Source of the DNA: Octopus vulgaris
Lineage: Eukaryota
Assembly (NCBI GenBank): GCA_951406725.2
Contig: OX597825.1
Coordinates: 87,358,001-87,422,000, forward strand
DNA: 64,000 nucleotides
Reading direction: 5' to 3'
Below the pieces are notes generated by a model. The model did not search any database and was not told the DNA's origin. It was given only the letters and a program-made list of their open reading frames with translations. The translations under genes were made by a program, and so were the position numbers. Shown piece by piece: positions 42,437 through 57,014 of this stretch (positions are counted from its first letter, which is position 1; each line of letters starts with the position of its first letter).

Positions 42437-42861
42437 TAATGAGAGACGGAATAAGGCGGTGGGAGGCAGCCACGAAATCCCCGAATATCACAAGTTATAT
42501 GCATGGGTAGAGAAGGTCGCTGAAAAGACAGCTTGTTGTATTCATTAGCACAGTAATTCAGATCTTATGCCGGGACCCCGTTTTCTTTCATTCCCTATCC
42601 TCTCACTGCATATTTTTCTAACAATAAATCGTCTCCTCCAATAACCGTCAACTCGTTACTTGCTCCATTCTGACTCCCAACAGTCTTTATCTTTTGCGCA
42701 CCACAACAATACCATCCCCCTCACATATACACAAAACCAGCGTCTCGACAACTTCTATACTCCTCCTTCCTAACTCCCACAGAAAACAGCATCCTCGGTT
42801 TATATTCCTTCACATCTTTTCTGTTTAATAATTTCAATCCCTCTATGCTTTTCTTTTCATT

Positions 42862-42900
42862 CATCTTCTGATGAACGACCAACATCCGAAGCGTTATGGC
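42862..42900 (+). ncRNA. Decayed minimal hammerhead motif in a PLE-like UTR
   Basis: cuu-CUGAUGA-A-cga(ccaaca)ucc-GAAG-CG-UU. The core is intact, but stem II and GAAA are damaged. Confidence 0.4.
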
Positions 42901-42990
42901 TGTCTCTTTCCTTTAAAGCGTTAAACCAATACTATACTTGCCAAACACTGATCTACCTCTGTTGTCCGTGTTAATGTTTATTGATTTGCC

Positions 42991-43106
<116 letters not shown>

Positions 43107-44205
43107 TTATCTATCTGTCCGTTTGTCGGGCTGTCTTTCTGTCTGGCTGTCTATTTGAGTGTGTGTGTATGTGTGTATATATGTAGGTATATCATTGTGT
43201 GTGTTTGAGTGTGTGTATGTTTCTGTGTGCGTGTATGTGTGTGTGTGCGTGCGTGTGTGTGTGAGAGAATATCTGCGTGTGCTTGGCCTATTAATGAGCA
43301 TCATATAGCTGCTCTGCTTTGCTGTCGCCCTGTCAGAAACTTCCATCAAAACAAACCACGTTAGTGACTGTGCAGTTCGGGACTAAACCTCAAAGTACCC
43401 TAATATAAACGATTAGTCAATTACTGAGTTTATTTTTACAGTGACTAAACAAATTGCACAGAAAAGTTGATCAAGAGTGCAAATCGCCTTACAAAATATT
43501 TCTTTTGGCGATGTGCTTTTCATCTTTTCAATGGAAGTAAACAACTATTTAAAATGATCAATTCTAATTAACTAATCAACTTTAAAAATAAAATCAACCA
43601 TTAATTAAGTAATCATTAAAAATAAAACAACTCTGTAATTTCGCTATGAATTCTCTTTTTTAAGGGAAGAGAAGGCAGGTGTCCTCTAATGGAATTGCCA
43701 GAGTCTAAAGTAACAGCGATTTAGTGAATGACGTAACGGTCGCCCGCTAACCATTCTCCAGAAATATCGGTTGTTGTTCGTAGCATCCTATTTCTTCAAA
43801 ACAATGTAAGATATTAGGTAAGTTGCGAAAGTAATACCGACATACTTCCGAAAGTAATACCCTGTTGGTGATTAACGACATTTACCAAAGAATATGTTCT
43901 ACTGTAAGCAGCCATTGTATATGTTAGATCAATAATTTACGAAACGGAAGCTCAAACTATGGATAACATGTATATTCAGGGCCTGTTAATAATATCTCGA
44001 TTATTATCTGCTATACAGTGGGATGTGTCTATGTTATATTAAGTAATTGTTCACAAAGACTATATTTTGCCGGTGAACTTGTGAGGGTTTGTAAAATGAA
44101 GACAATGTTATCCTACCATATAATATGAAAACATCTCCTTTGATTAAAATGGTTCGGACTAGAAATATAAGTAAACATAAAGTGAACAGGGAGGCGAAGC
44201 TGGTT

Positions 44206-44275
<70 letters not shown>

Positions 44276-44382
44276 GAAAAGATTGCCAAATGACTTACAT
44301 GTATTTTGAAGGAAACTAGATGGTGTCTAATTTCGCTCGAAGATAATGTGCACACACACACATACACATACACACATACATG

Positions 44383-44444
<62 letters not shown>

Positions 44445-45357
44445 GTATATATTTATTCACACATATATATCTTTATGCATATCTATATATATATACTTAT
44501 ACATATATTCACACATATATGTATGCACATATATATATATATATATATATACATATAAACGCATTCAATAGTACATGTATATAAACACACATTCATTAAT
44601 GCACACACATACGCGCACATACACAGATACGCACACACAGACACACACAATATACACATTCATGGTCTGCATCAGTCATTAGCACACATCTAAGTATATA
44701 CAATTCTTGCCAAAAGCTCAATTTACTCGAATTTATGTATTTGCTATTTCTACCGGGTTAAATTGGTGACTTATTTCTAATTTCTCTCACGGCAAATTGT
44801 GCGTTGAAAACATTTAGCTTTGTCATGAACGGCAATCATATCTTCAACTACAACAGTACTTTTACGAGTAACTCGACATTTTCACTCCCTGGGGTCTAAA
44901 ATTTTCTGACGTAATTATATTGTCTAAGCTTCATTCAATATGTCATTTTCTGTCGAAAAGCAGAGAATTACCAGAAGTTGAAGTCAGGCGCTTTCTGCTC
45001 GTCTTATATATTGTCCTCATATTTCCAGTTCATCAACCGTGTTTTCCTTCCATTATCAAACGCAATTCGATATGCACCGATTGCCTCTTATCGTGTATTT
45101 ATCAGTCGTGACATGCCCCGACACGAAGTTCACCATATCAGTGATTTAGTGACTTCACCAGTCTGTTAACACTGACACCAAATTAAAGAGTCACCAATTC
45201 CTAATGATTTTTTTCCTAACACCGCAACACATTCTTAACTTAAATGTTGTGATTTCTTCAAGTAAAATCACATGATCTCTGTTATTTATGTACTAACATT
45301 TAAGTGATATCTTTATTTCACTACGCCTCTTTAATTCAAAGAATCATACATTTTCCG

Positions 45358-45390
<33 letters not shown>

Positions 45391-45395
<5 letters not shown>

Positions 45396-45510
45396 CGATC
45401 CAGATGAATATGGTACTTAAGTTTAGGCACCAAAATTTAGTACGGTTTTATCCATACAATTTTAATGTAAGATGATTAAAATCAAAATAAGCAACAAGGA
45501 TGTCCAGAGG
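45391..45510 (+). mobile_element. Terminal fragment of PLE-like family D next to (TA)n
   Basis: 'gaatatggtacttaa...gcacca.aattt...tatccata...aatcaaaataagcaacaag' is shared with 54650-54745. Confidence 0.75.
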
Positions 45511-46330
45511 AGCCGGCCTCTAACTTGTTGCCGAGGAACCGCACCGGCGTCGATCCCCCCGGGACAGTATAGCTACCTGCAGCCCCGGTGGCAGCATCCT
45601 ACCCGAATACACCAGGCTTTTAGGTAAGGTCTTTGTCGTGGCATCTGTCGATACAGAGTAGCGCGAATGCGTTCCCCCTGGACGGGTGGTTCATCTAAAA
45701 AAGCTGGAGGTCGCGCGGTTGTACGCAATTGTATGTGTGTTAATGTGTGGCCATGCGTCGATTCCCTGTTAGGGGCCCAATACTGCGTCCACACCAATTA
45801 TAGCCGCACTCAGGGATGGTTAGATGGATCCGGCAAGTGCGCATCATCTGGTGCAAGGTGGCATCGACTACTCCAAAACACGAGGCTTTTAGGCGTGGTT
45901 ATGATCCTTACTTCGAGGGGTTTTCAGCCGATCCCGTAGGCGGATGGATTTACCCCTGGTCGCATGGGTTCATCCACGAAAGTCGGGGCCCTGCTTGTTC
46001 CTTCGCTCGGTCGCTCGGTCGCTCGAAGTCTTGCAGAAAATCGGCGGCGGTGCTGCTCACTATAAAAACCAGAGCATCCCGATGAGCGCATAGATTCGGA
46101 TTGAATGGCCCCGACCACTATAATATACCGGTATCTTGGGGCTGATAACCCCTCCGTTGCAGCTACGCTCTCCGATCTTACTGGCGGGGAAGCTCTCCTC
46201 CTTGACGGGTGGCGCCGTCCACCAATAATACACCGGCACCCCGGATCCCTTCGCCTATTACATGGTCTGGGACCAGATCTTGGGGAGGTGGCTGCCCAAC
46301 AAAAGAATTTATGCTGACTTGGGTTTATGA
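45510..46330 (+). other. Unidentified GC-rich, CpG-rich insert with diverged internal repeats of about 250-280 bp
   Basis: Sharp composition shift. Repeated motifs at 45611/45880 and at 45675/45953/46198. Confidence 0.55.
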
Positions 46331-47239
46331 GATCAGAAAATAAAGTAGCTAAATATATTTCGAATAATAATCTAACAAAATTTTGTGGCTTTTCAGCAGC
46401 AATATATATAATTCTTCGTAGAAGGTAGTTTCTTTCGCAAAACTTGTTGGAAGTACTTCGCTGTGGGAACACGTCGTTGTTCCCGCGTGAGATTTTCATT
46501 TTGAGTTATTCCGTGGATGCAGCGGACTTTAATGAGTATTTCTCAAAGTAAATTTAATGAAATGATGTGATAGCACTTAGGTAGTAGTGATTGCAAAACA
46601 TCTGCGCTTATTTATTTTATACTATCAAGATCATCATCATCATCATCATCACCACCACCAACTCCACCGCCGTCATCATCATCATCATCCTCATCGTCAT
46701 CATCATCATCATTATTATTATCAATATCATTATCATTATTATTATCATTATCATTATTATTATTATTATCATTATCATTATTATTATTATTATCATTATT
46801 ATTATTATTATTATTATCGTCATTATATACCCTGGAGTCATCGTCACTTTGTTGTTAATAGTTGCAATATCCAACACGCGTTTCTATGTCGATTCCATAA
46901 CGTTTCTTATGACATAAGTGGTGGCATTGATTGTCAGATGGGGAGTGTTTAAATATGAGGCAGAGAAGATCGATGTCATTCTGCAGAGATTTTATCGTCG
47001 CTCAAATTGATGGAAGAGATCTTCCAAATCCAAATGGTATTCGTTCGGTCGTTTCCGTTAGATGAATAATTCAGGCTTTCTCCATGTTTGCGATTCACTT
47101 CTAATATCCCAGGGACTGTAAATATCTGATTCAAAATCAAATATCAACTCACTTTGATCAGAATTATTAAATGAGGTAAAATAAAATTTGTGGAGATAAC
47201 TATTAAATTATACACATTTTAATAATTGTATAAGCGCAC

Positions 47240-47278
<39 letters not shown>

Positions 47279-47302
47279 CATATGTATATATATATGTATA
47301 TA

Positions 47303-47375
<73 letters not shown>

Positions 47376-47729
47376 CATATATATATATATGTTAAAAGGA
47401 TGTGTTCGAGGCTCAACGATAACCTTCAACGTATTCCATGTATAGGATTTTCAACCACCATTCTCAAGCATTTATTTATAGTATTATTTGCTTCGATCTT
47501 CACCGTTCTTCTTCGCCTTCTTCATCTTCAACTTCCTCTCCTTCTTATTCTTCTTCTTCTTCTTCTTCTTCTCCTTCTTCTTCTTCTTCTTCTTCTTCTT
47601 TTTCTTCTTCTTCTTCTTCTTCTTCTTCTTCTTTCTTTCTTTCTTTCTCTCTCTGTCTGTTAGTCGTTAGTCTCTCTCTCTCTCTCTGTAGATATATATA
47701 TATGTATAGATATATATAATATATATAAC

Positions 47730-47776
<47 letters not shown>

Positions 47777-47777
<1 letters not shown>

Positions 47778-48763
47778 TATATTTCGGAATGGTCATTTTG
47801 CCAGTTTAGCCAATAAAAAACACACGCACTATATATTTGGTGTTATTTTGCTTCAGCGTTATTTATTTTTTACATTAATCTTAATCTTATTTCGGCAAGA
47901 GTTCTTTCGTCACACTCCTGTAACCGCATCAGTGGTCCTTTGCTTTCTTCTTTCTTATTTGTGTCTCTCCTTACTAACCGTCAGCCATTTTGTATTTCTA
48001 TTGTATGTCTTCAGTTGCGCATGCTTATATCTCTATGTGCGTCTATGTTTATTTAGTGTGTGTATGTGGGGGGATGCCTGTAATATTTGTATCTTCTGTT
48101 TATATATGTTCATGTAATTTGTATTTTGTTTTTGTTGTTTTTGTTTATTCTTACTTTGTTCATGTGTTTACATCCACTTATTATTATCATTACATATGTT
48201 TGTATGTATAACAACAATACTAGTAATAATAATAATAAATCAAATCGAAAAAAATAAATGAATAAATAAAAAAAATTATAAATAAAAAAATTATTATGTA
48301 AAAGACATATGTAATGATAATAATAAGTGGATGTAAACACATGAACAAAATAAGAATAAACAAAAGAATAAACGTATATAAACAGAAGATACAAATATTA
48401 CAGGCATCCCCCCACATACACACACTAAATAAACATAGACGCACATAGAGATATAAGCATGCGCAAATGAAAGCATACAATAGAAATACAAAATGGCTGA
48501 CGGTTAGTAAGGAGAGACACAAATAAGTGAGAAGAAAGCAAAGGACCACTGATGCGGTCACAGGAGTGTGACGAAAGAACTCTGGCCGAAATAAGATTAA
48601 GATTAATGTAAAAAATAAATAACACTGAAGCAAAATAACACCAAATATATAGTGCATGTGTTTTTATTGGCTAAACTGGCAAAATGACCATTCCGAAATA
48701 TAACAATATCTGTTTCAACACACGACTTCACATAAAAAATCTTGCACAACAAATATTTAAACG
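47777..48763. mobile_element. ORF-less PLE family B copy: two inverted pLTRs, inserted in (TA)n
   Basis: Arms about 47777-48199 and 48305-48703 are homologous to 18309/19431. Same terminal tail 'tctgtttcaacacacgacttcacataaaaaatcttgcacaac'. Hammerhead-like motifs at 47894-47938 (-) and 48543-48587 (+). Confidence 0.9.
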
Positions 48764-48776
48764 TATATATATATAT

Positions 48777-48813
<37 letters not shown>

Positions 48814-50493
48814 TATAAGGAAGACCATGCTCTGGGATCAGACTCAGTTGAACATACCCATATGTATGTACTAACTGAGTGACACTCACAGACATACACA
48901 CATACATACACATACACGGTCAGGAATTGCAAGCGTGCGTGTTCAGCTGCTCGATCCTCGATAAAACTTGGCTCATTGAACCATCATTTAATTGGCTGGG
49001 TATTCCACAGACATATGTATCGTTCATGAACATCTCAGGTAGAATCAGCGTGACACACTGTGTCAATGATGAGTATTTGAATGGGAGGTTCAATCCTTCT
49101 GGAGGACTGAATACTTAATTTCCCACTACCTTGTTTCACTGACAACATATATATACATATACTTGAGTAACATACACACAACAGGCACACACACAGACAC
49201 ACACACATACACACGCACACACACACACACACACGCACACACTCACACACACACACACATGCATATGTGTGTGTGTGTATTTATACACATACACATGTAA
49301 ATAGCCGTTTGATATATATAGTGGTAGTAAAGAAGATGATGTGGTCGATGGACCTATGGGAATTGTATAATAGAACACAAAGCAGGAACGAAGTAACACA
49401 AGCAAGTACCTATGTACAGATTCGCGAAAGAAAACTAAATTTGGCCCAAATATGGGTTTGCTGGTGCTTTAGCAGAAATACAATATATTTTAGAGCAAGA
49501 CAAGAAATGATTTCGTACGATTTATTATTTTATATTTCTGTAGTTTTATTTATTTTTGATTTAACTGTTTAATTCCAAGATGTGTTTATTCTCGATCGAT
49601 TACCAACGTAGAACAATAAATCCTTTACTTATAAGATAAAACAGTTGTGCAAATTACAGAGAGTTTATTCGATTCCATATAATAGCAGGCACTTGTGTAT
49701 TATTTGAATCTGATTAACTGGTTTATGCAGATATCTTATTGACCGGAGAAGCGGTATATTTGTACAGATTGGATTCCAATACACACGTTTAAAGAGATCC
49801 TTTGATATATAGATTGATTCTAACCAATTCCATAATAATGATATCTTTATTAAGAACGTTATTTCGTTAAATCAACAGAATAGTAGTGGGGAGAAACCCG
49901 ATAATCGATGAAGGTTACAATTTACCGATTCCGTGGAAGGATTTGATTAAGAACAATCGTACAACAATATGAATAAACTCATTAAAATTATTTGATTATT
50001 GTGTCCATAATTCTTTAATTGTAGACGGAAATATTAGATTTAGAGAATATCAAATATGGGGATTAATGTTTCATAACAGATGCCATTCACCGATTGGTGC
50101 AGCGTTAAGAATTGGTAGATTTTGTAACTAGCACCACTAACAATTATGAAGAAAATATTGCCCATGAAACAAGAATTCTAATATTCTAATATAATTTCCT
50201 TTGCATAGTAATGGTAGAAATTTTGTTGCGTGCCAGAGAGTATCTGCATTATTCAACACACGACCCAAATATATTTATTTTGTAGCACACTACTAAGAAT
50301 ACGTGTTATGAAGTAGGCCCCAATGCATTTCATCATGGGCGACATTACAGCAAAGAGACAATGTATTAAGTTATGGCCAGGGACTGAAGGATATCTAACT
50401 AAGACAAAAGTGTGATTAGCCTGTATTTTATAGCATGTGTAAATCATTTAAAAATAAAATTAGGAATAAATTCCGATATGGAAATAATATGTA

Positions 50494-51205
50494 TTTGGTT
50501 GTCCGGAAAGTTCATGCCGATTTTTAAATGAAAGAAAAAGGTCAATAAATACTTGCCATTACATTTTTGATCAACCAAATATGAACCATTTTGTTGCACA
50601 ATGCGTCTCCATCTTTACTTTAACTTGAAAATACTCTCTTCCCAGGAATTCATCAAGGTACCTTTTTACGTCATTCAAAGAATTGAAATTTTTACCATTA
50701 AGACTATTCTGCAGAGACCTGAATAAGTGGAAATCCGAAGGAGCAATATCTGGTGAATATGGAGGGTGGGGTAACAGCCGAGCTGCAGCAATTTTTGCCA
50801 GGTTCCCAAAAGAAACGTGCGGTCTTGCATTATCATGTTGGAAAACAAAACCCTTCCTGTTGGCCAATTCTGAACGTTTCTCTTAAATTCCTGCTTTTAC
50901 CTCGTCCAGTTGTGTGCAGTATTTCTCAGAATTAAGACACAAAGCAAGACTTTTTAAGGTGAAGACCCGCTTTTGGGGTGGCTAAGGGTAGTCATGTCGC
51001 TTACACCAGGATCGCTTTCTCTGAACATTTCGGTAGATAATCCATTTCTCATCACCTGTCACAATTTGCTTTAAAAAGGGCGCGTTTTCATTCCGTTTAC
51101 AAAGCGATTCACAGATGGAAATGCGATCCAAAAGGTTCTTCTCACTCAACTCATGTGGTACCCAAACATCGTAGCAATTTGTATACCCAAGATTTACCAG
51201 CTGCT
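50494..51205 (-). mobile_element. Mariner transposon relic (3' TIR + decayed catalytic domain)
   Basis: WVPHEL, VTGDEKWIIY, FQHDNARPH, HPPYSPDIAPSDFHLF. TA followed by TIR 'tttggttgtccggaaagttcatgccgatttt'. The 5' part is cut off next to a SINE. Confidence 0.92.
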
Positions 51206-51214
51206 CATGAACCT

Positions 51215-51340
51215 GGCATTTTATGTTTAAATTCTGCTGAAGTCAACTTAGCTTATCATCCTCTTCGGGTCGATAAAATAAAGTAGCAGCGATATACTTG
51301 GGTCGATGACTCACTCCCTCCCATCATAGTTTCCACCCTT
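51215..51340 (+). mobile_element. SINE, family S1 (partial)
   Basis: 'gtttaaattctgctgaagtcaacttagcttatcatcctcttcgggtcgataaaataaagta'. Confidence 0.65.
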
Positions 51341-52330
51341 GGTCCTCCCTATTATTTGTGTTAAAACAAACAAATAATTGTTTATAGATAAAACAAAAGC
51401 AAAGGTTAAATAATTTAAGGTATTCAAAAAGAAACACTACATTAAAAACATACTTAATAACTATGATGGTTTTATGATTGACAATTTTTGTCTCATTTAA
51501 AATATAACGATTGGTATTTGACATACAGGACCTCAAGGTTTCCCTTATACGTATTTTGAAATCTCCTTCATTGTTTGACTAACAGTTGCACTGAGGAATA
51601 CGTTACCGTATATGAAGGAGGAAAGTCTAGGAAATTTATTACCTTCAAAAAGTGGGGATGTGGTTTTTGTAGCTTAAACCAAATACTTTATAAATATCTT
51701 GTAGAAATAATTCCTTAACTTCAACTGAATTCCGTATGTAAAAGTTCTCAAGACAAGTAGCAAATTTCAATAAGTACATTTTGGCAGAGCTCTGATTACA
51801 TAAAGTCCTATTAATATTTTAATCATGACAAAAGTTTTTTTTTTTTTTTTTGATAATATATTTAAAATATGTGCTGTTTCTGATTTAAATACTGTGTTTC
51901 TAAGAAATATCACGAATCCCCTTAGCATACAGCGCTTCTCATTCACCGATCCATCTTACCATTTACTGCCCGAATAGTGTTTTGTAACCATCTCCAAGAA
52001 ATGCTTACTTCGTCTCCAAGGGTGCGCTACGGTCTCAGTTAAAAGTCGCTGTCTTAAAATATATGAATATCCAGTTTTATTATATATTGAATGTCCGTGC
52101 ACAATTCTACTGACATATTTATGTTTGGTCCCAGGTACACTACGACTCGAAAGGAAAGGGGCTTTCAAAATTTATAATTAAGGTGTCACCAAGTCAGTTA
52201 GAAATAACAGCTAAATATAACGCTAACATCTTACGATCTTTAAGATACGTTGAAAAAGGTTCAATAAGATAGTCGACCACCTGGAAATAAGACAGATAGT
52301 CTCCGCTGCGACGCCGAGCTAGGGCTAAAG

Positions 52331-52370
<40 letters not shown>

Positions 52371-53327
52371 GCAGCAGCAGCAGCAATATCAATAGCTGCA
52401 ACAACAACAAGGACTAAATATTTTAATGTTCTTATGTGTTATTTAGTTATTAACAATAAAAAAAAAACAATAGCGAAGATTACAACAACCATTCCCGGTA
52501 TTCGCCATTAAGTACATTTCTGTTTTGTGTCTCTATGATTATGGTTTTACATTCATAAATTGATGAATAAAAAAAATAACTGAAATAGAATTCTACTGAA
52601 CTTAGAAAAAACAATCTCTCACCAAGCTCTATTATGTTATATTGATGCACTTCTATAACCTACACGACTATTGTGTCGTGTCAGTTTACTGAGATATTTA
52701 TAACAAGTATGTTTTTGTTGTGTAAATATTACAGGCCATTAATCAAATAATTTGTGGTACATTAATGTTCTATAAATCGTAGGGAAATGTGCGTCTATTA
52801 AATAAGAACGATGAGTGGAGTGATAAAGTGTTAATGTAGCCATTAAGAATAAACTGGTGGGAGAGCTATTGAAGATGTAATTGTAGGAGCTGTGTCGGAT
52901 GCCCAGTTGCTGTTCCTCTCATTACTATATTTCAATGAGGGCGAACCAAAGAGGAAGTCTCTAAGTGGTCGCTTAACCTGCTAGAAGCAGCAAAGCATCT
53001 CTAAAATACATTAACTAATAGGGAAGGACGTATCCGTCAATATACATTTACGTATAAAAAATATTAGGGTGGTCACGGTTGGACAACATTTTGATCAGAG
53101 ATCTAATCAGTTAGGTGAACGTAAATTTGAAACATGAAAAGCACCACAACGACGGTGTACCATTCAATATTGCAAACTCTCACAATACTCATCCATTCTT
53201 CGCCAGGATTCGCCCAATTTCCAGTGAGATGTTCTAGACAAACCTACATTGAATCTCACACTGTTATAAATATATAGACAATTACGTATTTGCATATACA
53301 TGGCACTCTCTCTCTCTCTCTGTCTTG

Positions 53328-53373
<46 letters not shown>

Positions 53374-53410
53374 TCAACTTTCAAATTAAAGAATTAAGGA
53401 ATTAAGATTT

Positions 53411-54289
53411 AGGGTGTTCATTAAAGATTTCCTCTTACTCACTTCCGAAGTACTGGAATAAACAAAACTTGGCATAATTATAAGTCCTACTCTACATGGC
53501 CACCACCAATGGTGACACACTTCTCCCATCCCATCACTTTATGCAACTGTGAAGACCTCCTCTGTAAAAGTCGGTGGGTTGCGTCTGGAGCTAAGACTTT
53601 ACCTCGGAAATAAGGTCATCATCTCCTGAAAAGTGCTTCTCCTTCAAAAAAGACTTCATGGTTGGAAAGAGGTGGAAGTCAAATGGTAAGAGGTCACAAG
53701 AGTAAGGGGGTGAGGAAGGATTTCATAGCTGCAGGACTATGCTTTCATCTGGGCAACAGGCACATTGTGAACTAGGGCATTGTCTGGGAGGAGCTGGTCA
53801 ACGTAGATGGCGTCAATGTTTTTTTCCACGGACCCTACTCTTATCTTCACTTCTTGGGCTAGTTATCGAGTAGTTATGGGGCGATCCTCCAGAGGGCAGC
53901 TTCCACTTATGGATGGTGTCATCACCAATGTGGCCATCAAGGAATAGAAGTTTCAACCGATGTCCGACCACATCTGAACTGGTGATGCCAGTGCTTGATT
54001 ACATCGTATGATGGTGCATCGTCACCATAAGCTTCTTTCATCTCATTGAAGGTCTCTTTTGGTGTACGATTCTTCAAGTATAAGAACCTGATCACTGATC
54101 TGCATACAACTACCTCCATTATAACACCTTTGCCCATTTCAGCAGCCGTAAAAGACAAATGAATACGAGTAGAAAGCTGCAATTTACAATGTGATATGTA
54201 GAGACAAGTATGATTGTACCTTTTCAAGTTCCGTTTCCTGCAATAACGTCAAGAGGGTCAGGGGCAATGCTTAATGAACACCCCTCGTG
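53411..54289 (-). mobile_element. Internally deleted mariner element with both TIRs
   Basis: TIRs 'agggtgttcattaa' and 'ttaatgaacacccctcgtg'. HTH region CRSVIRFLYLK..TPKETFNEMKEAYGDDAPSY..IKHW...F. C-terminal DLLPFDFHLFPTMK. Confidence 0.88.
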
Positions 54290-54339
54290 TTTTTATATAC
54301 ATACATACATACATATAAATATATATACACACATTTTTT

Positions 54340-54530
54340 CTCTCAATTTTTCTCTCCTTTTCTCTCTCCTTTTTTTCTCTCCTTGTTTTTTTTATGTGTC
54401 CCTTTCTTTAGAAGAGCGTAGGCTCGAAACGTAAAAGACGTTTCCTATTCCTGAGCGTTATACTAATACATCTGTTTGTTTTGTACACCACCTGTCTTCG
54501 TCTTTTGTTTTTTTTCGTAAACACTCCCTA
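54340..54530 (+). mobile_element. Short repeat family A copy
   Basis: Homologous to 8050-8208 and 59925-60063. Ends at (TA)n. Confidence 0.75.
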
Positions 54531-54548
54531 CATATATATATATATATA

Positions 54549-54627
<79 letters not shown>

Positions 54628-54631
<4 letters not shown>

Positions 54632-55215
54632 CAGCAAAAATTTAGATTCAAACGAATATGGTACTTAATTTAGATGCACCAGAATTTTGTATGGTGCTAT
54701 CCATAAAAATTTGTGGAGTGATTATAATCAAAATAAGCAACAAGAATGACCTGGTAATTTGGTACAATCGTTTCGTACTACATCATTTTATTAAATGTCG
54801 TAAGTATTACAACATATTTAAGATGCTGAGTACTCATCAGCCAATTATAGAGGTTTTCCATTAATACAAAAGTTTTCAAATCAAGTGGCAACATTATAGA
54901 GAAGGTAGATATACAGACACTGATGTTGATTTAAAATTTAAGAACATATGAGGTAGTGAAGTCCAACCACTGACTACCTCCACTTCACTACCTCATATGT
55001 TCTTAAATTGTAAATCTACATCTTTGTCTGTATATCTACCTTCTCTATAATGTTGCCACTTGATTTGAAAACTTTTGTATTAATGGAAAACCTCTATAAT
55101 TGGCTGATATGTATTCAGCATCTTAAATCTGTTGTAATACAACATTTAATAAAATGATGTAGTACGAAACGATTGTACCAAATTACCAGAGTCTTTCTTG
55201 TTGCTTATTTTGATT
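54628..55215. mobile_element. PLE-like family D foldback in (TA)n
   Basis: Arms 54726-54962 and 54982-55215 (imperfect) with a 19-nt spacer and about 100 bp of unpaired terminus. Confidence 0.85.
54756..54846 (-). ncRNA. Type I hammerhead with canonical core and extended stem II
   Basis: aaUUGG-CUGAUGA-GUACU...AGUAC-GAAA-C(GAUU)G-UA^-CCAAauu. The stem II insert itself pairs (GCAUC/GAUGU; AUGUUGUAA/UUACGACAU). Confidence 0.75.
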
Positions 55216-55227
55216 TTTATATATATA

Positions 55228-55359
<132 letters not shown>

Positions 55360-56784
55360 GTACATATATATGCATGTATGTATTCGAATAATATTTGATA
55401 CATGTGTGTGTGTGTGTGTATTTATGTACGAGTGTACTTACGGCCTATATAATCATTTACTATGACCGATTATTACTAGACTATATCTGTTATATATGAC
55501 TGATATTAAAACATATGTTTGGACAGTTGAACATGAAATAATAAACAAAAGATGCTCTCAGTAACCTGTCATGTACACCTTCCTTCCTTTACATCTTTCT
55601 ATAATTCCATCTGGTTTTGAACCCTGCTCTGCTGCTGTTTCTTGTATTCCCTCTCATACTTTCTCCTTCTCTATATTTCTTCCTTTTCTCTCCGTTTTCT
55701 CTTTTACTACATATATTTATCTTTTCATTTTGGTTTTCATAATATACACATTCAAGTATACGCAAAGAAACACTGTAACCACCTCAGCATTTATAACATA
55801 TAAATATATAAAAATCAATCGAGCCATGGACTCCATCGCTAAGTACTTCCGCAATGTTTCGAATGATTGTGGGCTGTATTGAAATTTAACCCGGCACCTA
55901 AAAGGTTTTCTTTTATATTACACTAAAAAACAAAACACGACTGAAAAACATTTATTAAAGGATACACAACCAAAGATAAATGTGTGCAATAATTTTCTTC
56001 CCCTCTATGTTCTCCATACTTTACGATGATTAAAATTTAGTGTCGTATATTCTTTGTTTTTTTTAAATTTTATGTATATCTTCCTATAAGGTTTGTAAAA
56101 ACTTTCAAAGTCGAAGCGATATGTGCTTGGGAATGATTAATGCACACGTAACAGTCTCGGTGAATGACTACTAAAGTTATTTAAATAATATCTTCCTGTT
56201 TTATGACACCGGATATTGCTGTGTTATACATAAGATAGAGGCTTCGAAATATCAATTACCAATGAACGATGATAGCAAATGGGTTATTTGTGATGTAATA
56301 CCAAGATGAATCGGAGATAGAGCAAAGTTAAATAAACCACGACAACATCGTTTTAGGGAGAAAAGTTTTCAGAAACCCTTAATGCCAGGAAATAAAAGGC
56401 TAGGAATGAAAAAAAAAACCTTACCTTTGCACTCATAAATAAATCCAAGTAAAATGAGTTTAATGTGAAAACGTTGTGTTTTTCGGTTGTTGTATTTGCG
56501 GATTTTTGTTTAACCCCGAGTCAACTCTGATGGCACAAACTTACGATCAAAGTCAATGAAGATACGGCTCTCCCTTTAGAGTAAGAGTGTATATCGATCT
56601 ATTTCATAGCATTTGTCCTCTTTTATTGCGTTAAGATGTTACTTTAGAAACATATGGCTTCCAAATCTAATAGATTTATAGAACACGTAGAAATTCTTTA
56701 TGCATGAAACATTTCGATATTATATCTCGTTAAATTGCATAAGTGAAATGCATTTATACATGTTCAAATGTATCTTAACTAAGA

Positions 56785-56868
<84 letters not shown>

Positions 56869-56877
56869 AGCTATCCA

Positions 56878-56931
<54 letters not shown>

Positions 56932-56933
56932 AT

Positions 56934-57014
<81 letters not shown>

